Positions 19,397-29,225 of a stretch of 44,280 nt of DNA are shown here, piece after piece. The stretch comes from Deltaproteobacteria bacterium (GTDB lineage Bacteria; Myxococcota_A; UBA9042; DTJE01): positions 1 to 44,280 of the forward strand of contig JBBIPO010000008.1 in the NCBI GenBank assembly GCA_037442805.1, in the 5' to 3' direction. A program made the position numbers and the translations under genes. The notes under the pieces are model-generated. The model saw only the letters and a list, made by a program, of their open reading frames with translations, was not told where the DNA came from and did not search any database. How positions within the stretch are numbered: the stretch's first letter is position 1; each line of letters starts with the position of its first letter.

Positions 19397-20290
19397 CTAC
19401 CGGAACAGGGCCCCGTCCAGGTCCACGACCATGCCCCGGCTGTTGATGAACTGGAGGGTGGTCGCGTCCGGGGAAGGAAGGTGGGCCATTCCCCCCGCCC
19501 TGGGGACAAACTGCTGGATCGCCCGCAGGGCCGCGCCGTCGTACGCCCGATTCCCTGACTCGCGCACGACCTCGAACTCGAGGATCTGCCCGGCCTCGTT
19601 CATGCGCGTCACGCGAATGCGCATCGAGAGCCTCTTGAGTTCGGCCTCGCCCAGGAAGGGCGGAACGGTGAAGTGCTGGCGGATCGCGAGCGCCACCTTC
19701 CCGGCATAGACGTTGCCCTGGACCGACTGGAGACCCCCGCCGTACACGCTCCCGTCCGGGGACCCCACGATCCGCTCGAGCGCCGTGGGCCGCTTGCGGG
19801 GGTCGTCGTCCTCGGGCGCCCCCAGGATCGCGGCGAGCGACCGGTCCTTGCGGCGGCGGTCCACCTCGGCCTTCTTCGGCTGCACGTCCATGACCGGGGT
19901 ATCCCGGCGCTCCACGGGGTCGCGCTGGACATTGACCGCTTCCTCGATCTTCTCGGGCTGTTCGTACTTGACCAGTTTCGGCAGTTCCCCCGGGGAGGGC
20001 CGGGCCAGGCCCAGACGCGGGACGATGGCGGCCTCGATCAGGCCCAGGTCTTCGAGCATGTCGTCGGGGCCACGGCGCTTGCGCAACGTGGGGCGATCGG
20101 GGCAGCGAACGTCTCCGCACAGGCGGCGGCTGACCGGGAAGGTCACGGCGTCGAGGTCCGGCGTTCCGGTGGCCGTGGCCAGGACGACCCCGAGCACGAC
20201 ATGGACTCCCGCAGTCAACCCGAAACCGAAGCGCAGGGCCCGGCGGTGGGCGCCGTCGTCCGGCGCGGGTGCCTCAACGACCCCGGTCAC
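19397..20290 (-). CDS. tolA: TolA/TonB-family energy transducer
   Basis: N-terminal TM with His ([10 protein letters not shown]); C-terminal TonB_C-like [14 protein letters not shown]; GTGA overlap with the tolR stop. Confidence 0.75.
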   Translation of the reverse strand: MTGVVEAPAPDDGAHRRALRFGFGLTAGVHVVLGVVLATATGTPDLDAVTFPVSRRLCGDVRCPDRPTLRKRRGPDDMLEDLGLIEAAIVPRLGLARPSPGELPKLVKYEQPEKIEEAVNVQRDPVERRDTPVMDVQPKKAEVDRRRKDRSLAAILGAPEDDDPRKRPTALERIVGSPDGSVYGGGLQSVQGNVYAGKVALAIRQHFTVPPFLGEAELKRLSMRIRVTRMNEAGQILEFEVVRESGNRAYDGAALRAIQQFVPRAGGMAHLPSPDATTLQFINSRGMVVDLDGALFR

Positions 20291-20865
20291 GGTCCGGCCT
20301 CCCGAGCCTCCGGCTCCGCGATGAGCCCGAACTTCCCCACGCCCGCCCGCCGCACGCGCGCCATCACCTTCAGGACCATGCCGTACGGGATGGCCCGGTC
20401 CGCGCGCAGGTACATCTCGCGGTCGGTCTTCAACTTCTCGTTCGCGGCAATCTTCTGCTCCAACGCCTGGAGGCACCGCTCGAAGGCCCGGTCCTCGGCC
20501 TCGCCCCAGGCCTTGCGCCTCGACCCCAACGCCTCGCGCAGGTCCGGGGCGAGGTCCAGGCAGGCGAGGACCCGCGTCGGCCCGATGAAGAACTCGGCCT
20601 GGTCGTTGATGGTCATCACGACCTTGCGCTCCTCGGACAGGTTCACGGGCTCCGCGTCGGTTCGTGGGAGGTTCACCGGAACCTTCTGGTCCGCGGGTTC
20701 CCGCTGGACCGTCATCTCCTCGATGCGTTCCTTTTCCTGCTGGACCTGGAGCGTCTCGATGGACGCCGAGATCATGAAGATGATCAGGAGCACCAGCATG
20801 ACGTCCACGAGTGGCGTCACGTTGATGTCCGACACGAGCCCGCGCTGGGGCGCCATTCCCGCCAT
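20287..20865 (-). CDS. tolR: TolR/ExbD
   Basis: [39 protein letters not shown]...RRAGV.KFGL. Confidence 0.92.
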   Translation of the reverse strand: MAGMAPQRGLVSDINVTPLVDVMLVLLIIFMISASIETLQVQQEKERIEEMTVQREPADQKVPVNLPRTDAEPVNLSEERKVVMTINDQAEFFIGPTRVLACLDLAPDLREALGSRRKAWGEAEDRAFERCLQALEQKIAANEKLKTDREMYLRADRAIPYGMVLKVMARVRRAGVGKFGLIAEPEAREAGP

Positions 20866-20866
20866 G

Positions 20867-21577
20867 TCAATCCCTGAAGAAATGACGTTTCATGATGTTC
20901 AAGAAATCAATCGAAAAGTTCTCCATCTCCACCGTGAAGACCCGGATCCGGCTCTGGAAGTAGTTATAGGCCATCACGGCCGGGATCGCGGCGAGCAGCC
21001 CGATGGCGGTCGCGACCAGGGCCTGGGCGATGTGCGGGGTGACGGTCTCGAGGATGGGGCGGTCCGGCGAGATGTACGCGAAGGCGTTCATGATGCCCCA
21101 GACCGTGCCGAACAGCCCGATGAAGGGTGCGGACGACCCGGTCGTCGCGAGGAAGGGCACCAGGCGCTCCAGAAACGTGGTCTCGTCCTGGATGGAGCGG
21201 CGCAGGGCGCGCTCGATGTTCTCGAAGCCCCCGCCCGAGGGCGATGGGGCCGCTCCGTCGGTCCCCGGGTTGCCGCGCTTCTGGAACCGTCCGAGTTCCG
21301 TATAGGCCGCCCGGAACATCCGGGCCACCGGGCAGCGGGCCAGGTCCCTTGTGGCCTGCAAGACCCCCTCCAGGGATTCCGAGCGCCAGAAGGTGTCCAG
21401 GAACCGCTCGGAGTCGCGGCGGATCCTGCGGAACAGGAACCACTTGTACCCGATGACGAACCAGGAAAACACCGACAGTCCGATCAGCACGAGCAGGACC
21501 GCGAGGACCATCCCCCGCGACTGGACCACCTGCTCGAAGACGTTGATCCCGTATTGCGCTTCCGCTGCGCCAGACAT
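20867..21577 (-). CDS. tolQ: TolQ/ExbB proton channel
   Basis: [48 protein letters not shown]. Confidence 0.95.
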   Translation of the reverse strand: MSGAAEAQYGINVFEQVVQSRGMVLAVLLVLIGLSVFSWFVIGYKWFLFRRIRRDSERFLDTFWRSESLEGVLQATRDLARCPVARMFRAAYTELGRFQKRGNPGTDGAAPSPSGGGFENIERALRRSIQDETTFLERLVPFLATTGSSAPFIGLFGTVWGIMNAFAYISPDRPILETVTPHIAQALVATAIGLLAAIPAVMAYNYFQSRIRVFTVEMENFSIDFLNIMKRHFFRD

Positions 21578-21827
21578 CGCCCTTGCTCCCCCGCCTCTGC
21601 AGGCACAACGCTGTTCGAGGATACCATGGCGTGTGCCGCCACCCGAAGTCAACGTCCGGCCCACGTGACAACGGATAGCGCGGATTGCGGATTCCCGTGA
21701 GGGCGGGGACGGGCCAGGGCACCTGGTCCTGCATGATTCCTTGGGGAGAATGCAGTCTTGCGGTGCCTCGGCCCTGATGCAATGCCCAAGCGAATCAGCG
21801 GGATGCGCTCGGACTGACCCACCGCGG

Positions 21828-22598
21828 TCATGCCTTGAAAGTCGCCCACACCGGGGCGTGGTCCGAGGGTCTGTCGCCCTTGCGCTCGTCGCGATCGATC
21901 CCGGCGGCCGTGCAGCGCCGGGCGAGGGGCGGGGTGCAGAGCACGAAGTCAATCCGCAGCCCGGCGTTCCTGGGAAATGAGAAGTTGCGGTAGTCCCACC
22001 AGGAGTAGGCGCGCTCTTGCGGATGGTGCAGCCGGAACGTGTCCACGAGGCCAAGTGCCAGCAAGTCGCGATGGACGGCCCTCAGTTCCGGGTTGTAAAG
22101 GACCGTCCCCTCCCAGGCGGCCGAGTCGTGGCAATCGAGGTCGGACGGCACGATGTTGAAGTCCCCGCAGACCACGAGGGGGGCCTCGGGGACGCCCACT
22201 CGCGCCAGGTAGGCCATGAAACGCCGGAGCCATTCCAGCTTGTAGGCGTAGGAGGAAGTTCCCATGTCGCCCCCGTTCGGCACGTACGCCGACACGACGC
22301 GCACGCCCGCGACCGTCGCGGCCACGACCCGGGCCTGGGGGTCGGGCACCCCATCGTCGAGGCCGGGCAGCGGGTCCGTGGGGTCCTGGTGCGACAGGAT
22401 CGCCACGCCGTTGTAGGTCTTCTGCCCGTGGACCACCGCGTGGTATCCGGCGGCGCGCACGTCGTCGTACGGGAAGGCGTCGTCCGTCCCCTTCAGTTCC
22501 TGAAGGCAGACCACGTCCGGCCGGGTGCGGTCGAGCCACGCGAGCAGGCGAGGAAGCCGGGCCTTGATCGAGTTGACATTCCAGGTGGCCACCGTCAT
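21828..22598 (-). CDS. xth: exodeoxyribonuclease III (AP endonuclease)
   Basis: TWNVNSI, LQELK, YNGVAI, YVPNG, GDFNI, SWWDYR, GLRID, SDHAPV. Confidence 0.97.
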   Translation of the reverse strand: MTVATWNVNSIKARLPRLLAWLDRTRPDVVCLQELKGTDDAFPYDDVRAAGYHAVVHGQKTYNGVAILSHQDPTDPLPGLDDGVPDPQARVVAATVAGVRVVSAYVPNGGDMGTSSYAYKLEWLRRFMAYLARVGVPEAPLVVCGDFNIVPSDLDCHDSAAWEGTVLYNPELRAVHRDLLALGLVDTFRLHHPQERAYSWWDYRNFSFPRNAGLRIDFVLCTPPLARRCTAAGIDRDERKGDRPSDHAPVWATFKA

Positions 22599-22603
22599 GG
22601 GGG

Positions 22604-22613
22604 GATTATAATC
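22604..22613. promoter_or_regulatory. palindromic bidirectional -10 element between divergent xth and macro-domain genes
   Basis: GATTATAATC gives TATAAT on both strands; the minus-strand copy is 6 nt from the xth ATG. Confidence 0.6.
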
Positions 22614-22639
22614 GAGTGCCGGCGCAACGGGGGGCATTC

Positions 22640-23215
22640 ATGAACCGGGAGACCCGACGGATGAGAGTGGCGGGCGCGGACGTGGTGTCGGTCGAGGGAG
22701 ACATCACGATGGAGGTCGTGGACGCCATCGTCAACGCGGCGAACGAGTCCCTGCGACACGGGGGTGGGGTCGCGGGGGCGATCTCGCGGCGCGGCGGTCC
22801 AAGCATCCAGGAGGAGAGCCTGCGTATCGCCCCGGTGCCCACAGGGTCGGCCAGGGCCACGGGGGCCGGAAGGCTCCCCTGCCGGTACGTCATCCACGCG
22901 GTGGGGCCGGTCTGGCGCGGGGGCCAGGCCGGGGAGGAGGGGCTGCTCGCCTCGGCAGCCCGCAGCGCACTTCGGGTTGCGTCCGACCTCGGTTGTCGGA
23001 CCGTCTCGATGCCAGCGATCTCGAGCGGCATCTATGGTTTCCCGGTGGAACGGGCGGCCCGCGTCCTGGTCGGGGCCGTGATCGCCTTCTTGCGGGAGCA
23101 CGAGGGCGGACCCCTGGGCGAGGTCCGCTTCTGCAACCTGGACCCCACGACGGCCCGATGCTTCGACAACATCCTCGATGAGATGGGGCAGGATTCCGGG
23201 ACCAGGGCTCCTTGA
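22640..23215 (+). CDS. macro-domain ADP-ribose-binding/hydrolase protein (YmdB/MacroD-like)
   Basis: GDIT...DAIVNAAN..L.HGGGVAGAI, TGAG.L...YVIHAVGP, PAISSGIYGFP. Confidence 0.93.
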   Translation: MNRETRRMRVAGADVVSVEGDITMEVVDAIVNAANESLRHGGGVAGAISRRGGPSIQEESLRIAPVPTGSARATGAGRLPCRYVIHAVGPVWRGGQAGEEGLLASAARSALRVASDLGCRTVSMPAISSGIYGFPVERAARVLVGAVIAFLREHEGGPLGEVRFCNLDPTTARCFDNILDEMGQDSGTRAP

Positions 23216-23240
23216 CAGGCCGTGGTCCGCTGCGTACCTT
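23212..23240 (+). promoter_or_regulatory. sigma70-type promoter for nifU-nifS
   Basis: TTGACA, 17-bp spacer, TACCTT, ending 28 bp before ATG 23269. Confidence 0.6.
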
Positions 23241-23268
23241 GACGCCCGGGTTCGCGAGAGGTCCAGCC

Positions 23269-24219
23269 ATGGCCTGGGAATACAGCGAGAAGACGAAGGA
23301 ACTCTTCATGAACGCGGTCCAGGGCAAGCCCGGGACCCATCTCGGGGAGGTCCAGGACGCGGACGGCGTGGGCGAGCACGGCTCCATCGTGTGCGGGGAT
23401 GCCATGCGCTTCACCTTCCGTGTGGACCGGCATCCCACGGACCCGCTGAAGGACCGGATCGTGGAGGCGAAGTACCTGACCTTCGGCTGCACCTCGGCCA
23501 TCGCGTCGTCTGAGGCCCTGTGCGCCATCCTCGAAGAGGGCCGCTACACGCCGATCGAGGCCCTGAAGGTGGACAACGCGACGATCGTGAAGTACCTGGG
23601 CGGGTTGCCGTCGCAGAAGATTCACTGCTCGGTCATGGGGGCCGAGGCGCTCCAGGCGGCTGTCTTCGATTGGGCGCGGCGGCGCGGGGTGGACCTGCGA
23701 GAGCTCGGCGTGGACATCCTTCCGCACGAGCAGGAAGAAGGCCGCATCGTGTGCAAGTGCTTCTCGCTGACCGAGCCGTACTTGAAGCGAAAGATCCGGG
23801 AACTGAACCTGCGAACCATCCAGGACATCACGAACGCGACCAAGGCCGGAGGGGCCTGCACCACATGCCACCATGCCCCCGGGGGGCTCCAGGACCTGCT
23901 GGACGAGGTCTGGGGCCGCCAGGACGTACGGTCGCGGGAGGTCGCGCCGCAGCGTCCCCCCTCGGTCGGGGAAGGGGCGGAACTCTCGCCCTACCAGTTC
24001 GCCAAGCGGATCGAGGCCCTGATCGAGGAGTATGTGCGTCCTGGTCTGCGACGAGACGGTGGGGACGTCGAGATCGTGGACATCAAGGACACGCTGGTGT
24101 ACGTGCATCTGCGCGGGGCGTGCGCGGGGTGTGTGGGCGCGGGCATGACCCTCAAGATGATGATCGAGCAGACCCTGAAGGACAAGCTGGACGAGCGCAT
24201 CCGCGTGATCGCGGTCTGA
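23269..24219 (+). CDS. nifU: three-domain Fe-S scaffold NifU
   Basis: IscU domain (CGDAM, FGCTSAIASS, KIHCSVM), Bfd-like CKCF...GGACTTC, Nfu domain DGGDVE...GACAGC. Confidence 0.95.
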   Translation: MAWEYSEKTKELFMNAVQGKPGTHLGEVQDADGVGEHGSIVCGDAMRFTFRVDRHPTDPLKDRIVEAKYLTFGCTSAIASSEALCAILEEGRYTPIEALKVDNATIVKYLGGLPSQKIHCSVMGAEALQAAVFDWARRRGVDLRELGVDILPHEQEEGRIVCKCFSLTEPYLKRKIRELNLRTIQDITNATKAGGACTTCHHAPGGLQDLLDEVWGRQDVRSREVAPQRPPSVGEGAELSPYQFAKRIEALIEEYVRPGLRRDGGDVEIVDIKDTLVYVHLRGACAGCVGAGMTLKMMIEQTLKDKLDERIRVIAV

Positions 24220-24236
24220 GGGGAGCGAGGCGAGAC

Positions 24237-25439
24237 ATGGCGCGACACCTGATCTACCTGGACAACAACGCGACCACGGCCGTGGCGCCCGAGGTTTTCG
24301 AAGCGATGGTGCCCTACCTGACCGAGGTCTATTTCAACCCGTCCTCAATGTACGACGCGGCGCGGGCCGCGGCCGAGGCGGTGGCGAAGGCCCGGCGGGC
24401 CGTGGCGGACTTCCTGGGCATCGGGAGCGCCGAGCAGATCGTGTGGACCTCCTGCGCGACTGAGAGCAACAACACTGCGATCCTCGGGGTGGCGCGGGCC
24501 AATCCGTCGCGGCGGCACATCGTGACGACCGCCGTGGAACACCCGGCCGTGCTGGAGGTGTGCAAGGACCTCCAGCGCGGCGGGTACGAGGTCACGTTCC
24601 TGCCGGTGAACCGGGACGGGATGCTCGACGTGCGGGACTTCATCCGCGTGCTGCGCAAGGATACGCTGCTCGTGACGATCATGCACGCGAACAACGAGAC
24701 GGGCGTGATCTTCCCCGTGGACGAGCTCGCGCGCCTGACCAAGGAGACCGACCCCGCGATCCTCTTCCACACGGACGCGACGCAGTCCGCGGGGAAACTG
24801 CCTCTGAATCTCAAGGGCTCGTTGAGACACGTGGACCTTCTGTCGTTTTCGGGTCACAAGCTGCACGCCCCCAAGGGGATCGGGGTGTTGTTCGTACGCC
24901 GGGGGACGCCCATGAAGCCGCTGCTCATCGGCGGCCACCAGCAGGGGGGGCGCCGGGCCGGGACCGAGAATGTGCCCTACATCGTGGGCATGGCAAGGGC
25001 CTGTACGCTTGCGATGGAACGCCGGTCCGACGAGGAGCGCGTGCGCGCCCTGCGCGACCGGCTCGAGGCGGGTCTGCTCGAGCGCATCCCGTACCTGGAA
25101 ATCAACGGCCGCAACGCCCCGCGCCTGCCGAACACGACCAACGTGGCCGTCCATTACGTCGAGGGCGAGGGGATGCTGTACCAGTTGAGCGCCGAGGGGA
25201 TCTGCGCCTCGTCGGGGTCCGCGTGTACCTCCGGGTCGCTCGAGCCCTCGCATGTGCTCAAGGCCATGAACGTCCCGTTCACGGCGGTCCACGGTTCGAT
25301 CCGGTTCAGCCTGAGCCGCTACAACACGGCCGAGGAAGTGGAACGCGTGCTGGACGTCTTTCCCCGCGTCGTCGCCAATCTGCGCCGCCTGTCACCCTAC
25401 TGGGACAGCGAGCGGAATCGGCCCACGGGTCGCGCCTGA
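24237..25439 (+). CDS. nifS: cysteine desulfurase NifS
   Basis: YLDNNATT, ANNETG, HTDATQ, SGHKLHAPKG, RAGTENV, SSGSACTSGSLEPSHVL. Confidence 0.96.
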   Translation: MARHLIYLDNNATTAVAPEVFEAMVPYLTEVYFNPSSMYDAARAAAEAVAKARRAVADFLGIGSAEQIVWTSCATESNNTAILGVARANPSRRHIVTTAVEHPAVLEVCKDLQRGGYEVTFLPVNRDGMLDVRDFIRVLRKDTLLVTIMHANNETGVIFPVDELARLTKETDPAILFHTDATQSAGKLPLNLKGSLRHVDLLSFSGHKLHAPKGIGVLFVRRGTPMKPLLIGGHQQGGRRAGTENVPYIVGMARACTLAMERRSDEERVRALRDRLEAGLLERIPYLEINGRNAPRLPNTTNVAVHYVEGEGMLYQLSAEGICASSGSACTSGSLEPSHVLKAMNVPFTAVHGSIRFSLSRYNTAEEVERVLDVFPRVVANLRRLSPYWDSERNRPTGRA

Positions 25440-25766
25440 GCCCCTCTCGGGCTTGTCATCGAGAATCGCGTGGATTTCAGGGCGTTCTGGCCCGAGCGGA
25501 ACGTTCTCGAGTTTCATTCGATAGATCGGATTGGTAGGCCGGAGCGTCCGGGCCGGGGCATGCACCGGTGCGGGCGCCACCGTTGGGTGGGGGTGGGCGC
25601 GTCGGCCAAGAGGCCCGGGCGCGGCGGGAGTGGTCTGCCGGATGGCCGGGATCGGTTGCGGGGCTCCGCTGGGGGGCCGGGGGGGAGGGTTGCCGGCATT
25701 GCGCACTTTTCTGGATAACATTCATAACGACTATCTTCAACGATACCGCATGTCATAAAATAATCC

Positions 25767-26186
25767 TTACTCATCATCCCCCGAGGGACGCCGGGCGGCC
25801 TTGACCTGGGCCCTCCGGTGCTTGTCCTCAAGCATCTTCTGTCTAGCTCGCTGGCTTCGCTTGCGCTTCTGCCGCCGGATGCGCGCGGCCTCGCGCTGGC
25901 GGGCGCTTTCCTCGCCGAGGACCTGTTCCTCGATGCGTCCGACCAGGATCTGGCGGGCCAGAAAGCGGTTGAGTGCCTGGGACCTCGATTCCTGGCACTT
26001 GACCATGATCCCGGTCGGCCGGTGCAGCAACTGCACGCACGACGACGTCTTGTTGAGCTTCTGTCCGCCAGGTCCTCCGGACCGGATGAAGGTCTCCTCG
26101 ATGTCCTCCTCGCGCACGCCGAGGCGTTTCATCTTCTCCGCGAGGGCGCGCTGCCTCTCAGGGCTCACGGGGAAGTCCAGTGACAT
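25767..26186 (-). CDS. arfB: ArfB-like ribosome-rescue peptidyl-tRNA hydrolase (RF-1 domain)
   Basis: FIRSGGPGGQKLNKTSSCV, SRSQALNR, basic C-terminal tail. Confidence 0.85.
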   Translation of the reverse strand: MSLDFPVSPERQRALAEKMKRLGVREEDIEETFIRSGGPGGQKLNKTSSCVQLLHRPTGIMVKCQESRSQALNRFLARQILVGRIEEQVLGEESARQREAARIRRQKRKRSQRARQKMLEDKHRRAQVKAARRPSGDDE

Positions 26187-26189
26187 CCC

Positions 26190-28889
26190 TCAGTCCGACC
26201 AGGTGACCATGACCGAATGCGACCCGTCCGGGACTCGGATGCGCAGGGAAGGGACGGCCTCCGCATCGAACCACCATCCCGGATCGGCTCCATCGAGCCC
26301 CCCCGCCGAGGCCGCCGGCGACAAGGCGACACCGTCCATCATCACCGCGTCCGGAGCCGTCGCCACGTCGTACACCTCGAACACAGCCCCGTCCCGGAAC
26401 GCGGTCCCCGCGTCGAATCCGATTCGAAGCGTCAGACCCTCGCGTTCCTGCTCGACATCGGTTCCATCGAAGACGTGAAAGACCGATGGCGCACCCGGGA
26501 ACACACGCACGTACAGGACCCCCGGCGTGGTCGCGTAGGAGTCCACACGGTCGGGTTCCGTCGTCGGCGCCAGCGAGTCAATCGTCGGCCTCAGCATGGG
26601 CACGAGGCCCCCCTCCCTCAGGTACAGGGGCAGTTTGTCGAGAGGCGCCGGCACCGTGGCCTTCCGAGGACCCTCCCACACGGTCCCGTCCCACCAGTCC
26701 ACCCACCGCCCCGCAGGAAATATCACGTCTTTCTCCCGCGCGTTCTGTTCGACCACCGGGGCCACCAGCAGGTCGTCCCCGAAGAAGTACAGGTCCCACG
26801 GGTGCTCGCCCAGGTCCGGCACCTGGAGGCCGAACGGGCGCTGGATGGGTCGTCCCGTTTCCGGAATCTGGAGCGCGTACGTCCACTCGTACGGCCACAG
26901 GCGCAGGTGCAGTCTCGCGTAGGTCCGGTACCAGTCGAGCATCTCCTCGTCGTACCCGTCCGGGCCGCCCGTCTCCCACGGCACGGTGCTCGCCCCGTTC
27001 CCGACCTGCATCACGGACGACAGCGCGGTCTGCTCGAACCACCGCGTGAACAACTCCTTGTCGGGGGGCGCATGGATGTAACCCCCCGTGTCCGCGCCGT
27101 AGAACGGGAAGCCCGACGGGCCGAGCGATAGCCCATAGATCATCGAGGCCGGCAACCCCCCGACCGCCTTCTTGGGGTAGCCGTCCTTCAGGAACTCGTG
27201 GCCATGGGGCCAGAACGTCGCGTCCAGGTCCCCGGGCCAGAGGATCGGGCCGTGAACCTGGTCCCCGGCCGTGGCGGTCCGCGTCAGCAAGAAGCCTCCG
27301 TCGTCGGGCAGCATCTCCGCATAGACGCGGTGGTACCACCACTGGTAACGATGGTGCATCGTGCGGTCATCGCTGCCGTCCGCGAACAGCCACGGCGTGC
27401 GCACCCCGAACGCCCCCAGGACCACCTCCTCCGCATAGGCCAGTTTGTACCCCTCCATCCCCAGGGCCCGATACCCCTCCAGCAACCCCTGCCACCACGC
27501 GTACGCTTGTGGATTCGTGAAATCCACGAGCGGTCCCCACTTGTCGAAGGTCACCCCGATGACTGGTGGAAAGTAGCCGTGTTCCTTGGCGAAATTGTAG
27601 TACGGGCGCGAATCCTCGTCCTTGGGGTCCACGTACGGCGCGTGCCACAGGGCCATGCGGAATCCCAGGGAGTGCGCCCGCGCCACCATCGCCGTAGGGT
27701 CGTCGTAGTCGGACGGTTCGAAGTCGAACGAGTTGACGGCGCTCGCGTAGGGACGGTCGATCCAGTATCCCGACGCGGCCAGGTCATGGTCCCGGATGGC
27801 CTCGAGGTCCGCGATCACCTTGGCCTGGTCCACCCCCTCGTCCCTCCAGACCCAGGGGCCAAGCGCCCAGGACGCGGGCAACCTCGGCGTCCCGGTCACG
27901 TCGTAGTAGTGTTTCGTCACGTCCAGGGGATGGCCGGCCGCGGCCAGGAAGAACACGAGCCCTTCCCGTGTCGCTTCCCCCATCCCCACCGTCACTTCCA
28001 CCAGGTCGTCCTCCTGCGTCGCGACATCGAAGACCATGCCCGCCAGCGAGTCCACGTACAGCCCCCACCCGCGCGTGCCGATCAGGAGCGGAATGCGCAC
28101 GTGCCCCTCGTTGTTCGCGCTCTCCGAATTCAGGTCCACCTCGATCTGCATGGCACGCGTGCGGCCCCGGTGATTGACGTGGTCGTGCCACGCCCCCAGT
28201 CCGTAGAACCCCTCGCTGGCGCTCGCCCTCGCGCGCAGGCGGACGTACGCCAGCGGGGGTCCCCCGGGTTCCGGCGTCAGGCGCACCTCGAAGCGGTCGT
28301 CCGCGTGAACCGCCGCGCTCAGCAACGCCGTCACCCCTTCCGGATATCGGAGCCTCGCCACGACCCGCTCTGGATCCACGGACAGGACCTCGGCGGCCAG
28401 GGGCTCCAGGAACGCGAGCCCGGCGGGAGGGTTCACGAACTCGGTCGCGCCCGAGGCGGGGTACAGGAACCACGGGTCGTAGGACAGGGCCGGATCCAGC
28501 GCATCCACACGGCCCAGCGCAAAGGCGTCGGGATCCAGCCGAAGCAGACGCTCGTCACCCCGCGACAGCGTGAGCTCGGCCGCTCCCGATGCCTTCACCG
28601 TGAACACGACCTCACTCGTGCCGGCCCGCAGGACCACGACCGTCTCCCCTGTCCCATCCGCATCCAGACCCGGGTCCGCAAGTTCCCGGTTGTCTCCCGG
28701 GAACTCCCCCGGCTGTCCCTGGTCCGCCTCCCATACGCCTTCCACGTTCGGTGCCCTCTCGCTCCCCAGGTCCCCCCTGTCCTCGGGTCCCGGAGCGGTT
28801 CCGCCTCCGCACGACGCCAGGATGGCCACATTCGCCAGCATCCATGCGACCTGGTTCCACCCGCTCGCCCGTCCGGTCCCGCAGGACAT
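26190..28889 (-). CDS. glycoside hydrolase family 31 lipoprotein (alpha-xylosidase/glucosidase-like); nucleophile position reads Ala
   Basis: GGAGGG SD; lipobox ILAS-C; FYGLG, WIDRPY, DFTNPQAYAWW, WPGD, SGFPFYGADTGGY, GRPIQRP, FGDDLLVAPV, PLDKLPLY. Confidence 0.9.
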   Translation of the reverse strand: MSCGTGRASGWNQVAWMLANVAILASCGGGTAPGPEDRGDLGSERAPNVEGVWEADQGQPGEFPGDNRELADPGLDADGTGETVVVLRAGTSEVVFTVKASGAAELTLSRGDERLLRLDPDAFALGRVDALDPALSYDPWFLYPASGATEFVNPPAGLAFLEPLAAEVLSVDPERVVARLRYPEGVTALLSAAVHADDRFEVRLTPEPGGPPLAYVRLRARASASEGFYGLGAWHDHVNHRGRTRAMQIEVDLNSESANNEGHVRIPLLIGTRGWGLYVDSLAGMVFDVATQEDDLVEVTVGMGEATREGLVFFLAAAGHPLDVTKHYYDVTGTPRLPASWALGPWVWRDEGVDQAKVIADLEAIRDHDLAASGYWIDRPYASAVNSFDFEPSDYDDPTAMVARAHSLGFRMALWHAPYVDPKDEDSRPYYNFAKEHGYFPPVIGVTFDKWGPLVDFTNPQAYAWWQGLLEGYRALGMEGYKLAYAEEVVLGAFGVRTPWLFADGSDDRTMHHRYQWWYHRVYAEMLPDDGGFLLTRTATAGDQVHGPILWPGDLDATFWPHGHEFLKDGYPKKAVGGLPASMIYGLSLGPSGFPFYGADTGGYIHAPPDKELFTRWFEQTALSSVMQVGNGASTVPWETGGPDGYDEEMLDWYRTYARLHLRLWPYEWTYALQIPETGRPIQRPFGLQVPDLGEHPWDLYFFGDDLLVAPVVEQNAREKDVIFPAGRWVDWWDGTVWEGPRKATVPAPLDKLPLYLREGGLVPMLRPTIDSLAPTTEPDRVDSYATTPGVLYVRVFPGAPSVFHVFDGTDVEQEREGLTLRIGFDAGTAFRDGAVFEVYDVATAPDAVMMDGVALSPAASAGGLDGADPGWWFDAEAVPSLRIRVPDGSHSVMVTWSD

Positions 28890-28997
28890 CGGTTCCCTCC
28901 GTGTCCGCCTCGCAGCAAAGCATCCGGCAGGCGCCCTACGCAGTCAACCGCCCGCACGCGGAGGGTTCAGAGCCGCTGCCAGCGGCAGACCGTCCCC

Positions 28998-29155
28998 GTG
29001 GACCGTGACCGTGTCGGACTCGGTGACCGCGGCCGTGACCGTGGCCGTGTCGGTGTCCGTGTCGGCGACGGTCACCGTGACCGTGGCCATGTCCGCCGCG
29101 GACACCCTGCCGGCCCCGGACCCCAGACGCCGGACCCCGGACCCCGGACGCCCGA
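28998..29155 (+). repeat. bipartite tandem-repeat element, copy 2
   Basis: About 17 [C/G]GTG[A/T/G]C hexamers, junction GGACACCCTGCCGG (29100-29113), then 6 CCCCGGA-like heptamers. Confidence 0.9.
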
Positions 29156-29225
29156 CTCGTGTCCCGGCCGGCGTGGTTTGGGCGTAGGATACGGCTCGCG
29201 GGAGCCCGTCTCGACGGAGCGAGGG

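Noticed and set aside
22640-23215. Macro domain as the DarG antitoxin of a defence system
   Set aside because: There is no adjacent DarT or sirtuin. The sequence and context fit a stand-alone MacroD/YmdB protein.
23269-25439. nifU/nifS as evidence of nitrogen fixation
   Set aside because: No nitrogenase genes are in the window, and stand-alone NIF is an established housekeeping Fe-S assembly system in many anaerobes.
27198-29225. Apparent 1113-aa Der with a long N-terminal extension
   Set aside because: The extension is the antisense shadow of the GH31 gene plus the repeat. Der homology starts at GTG 29226.
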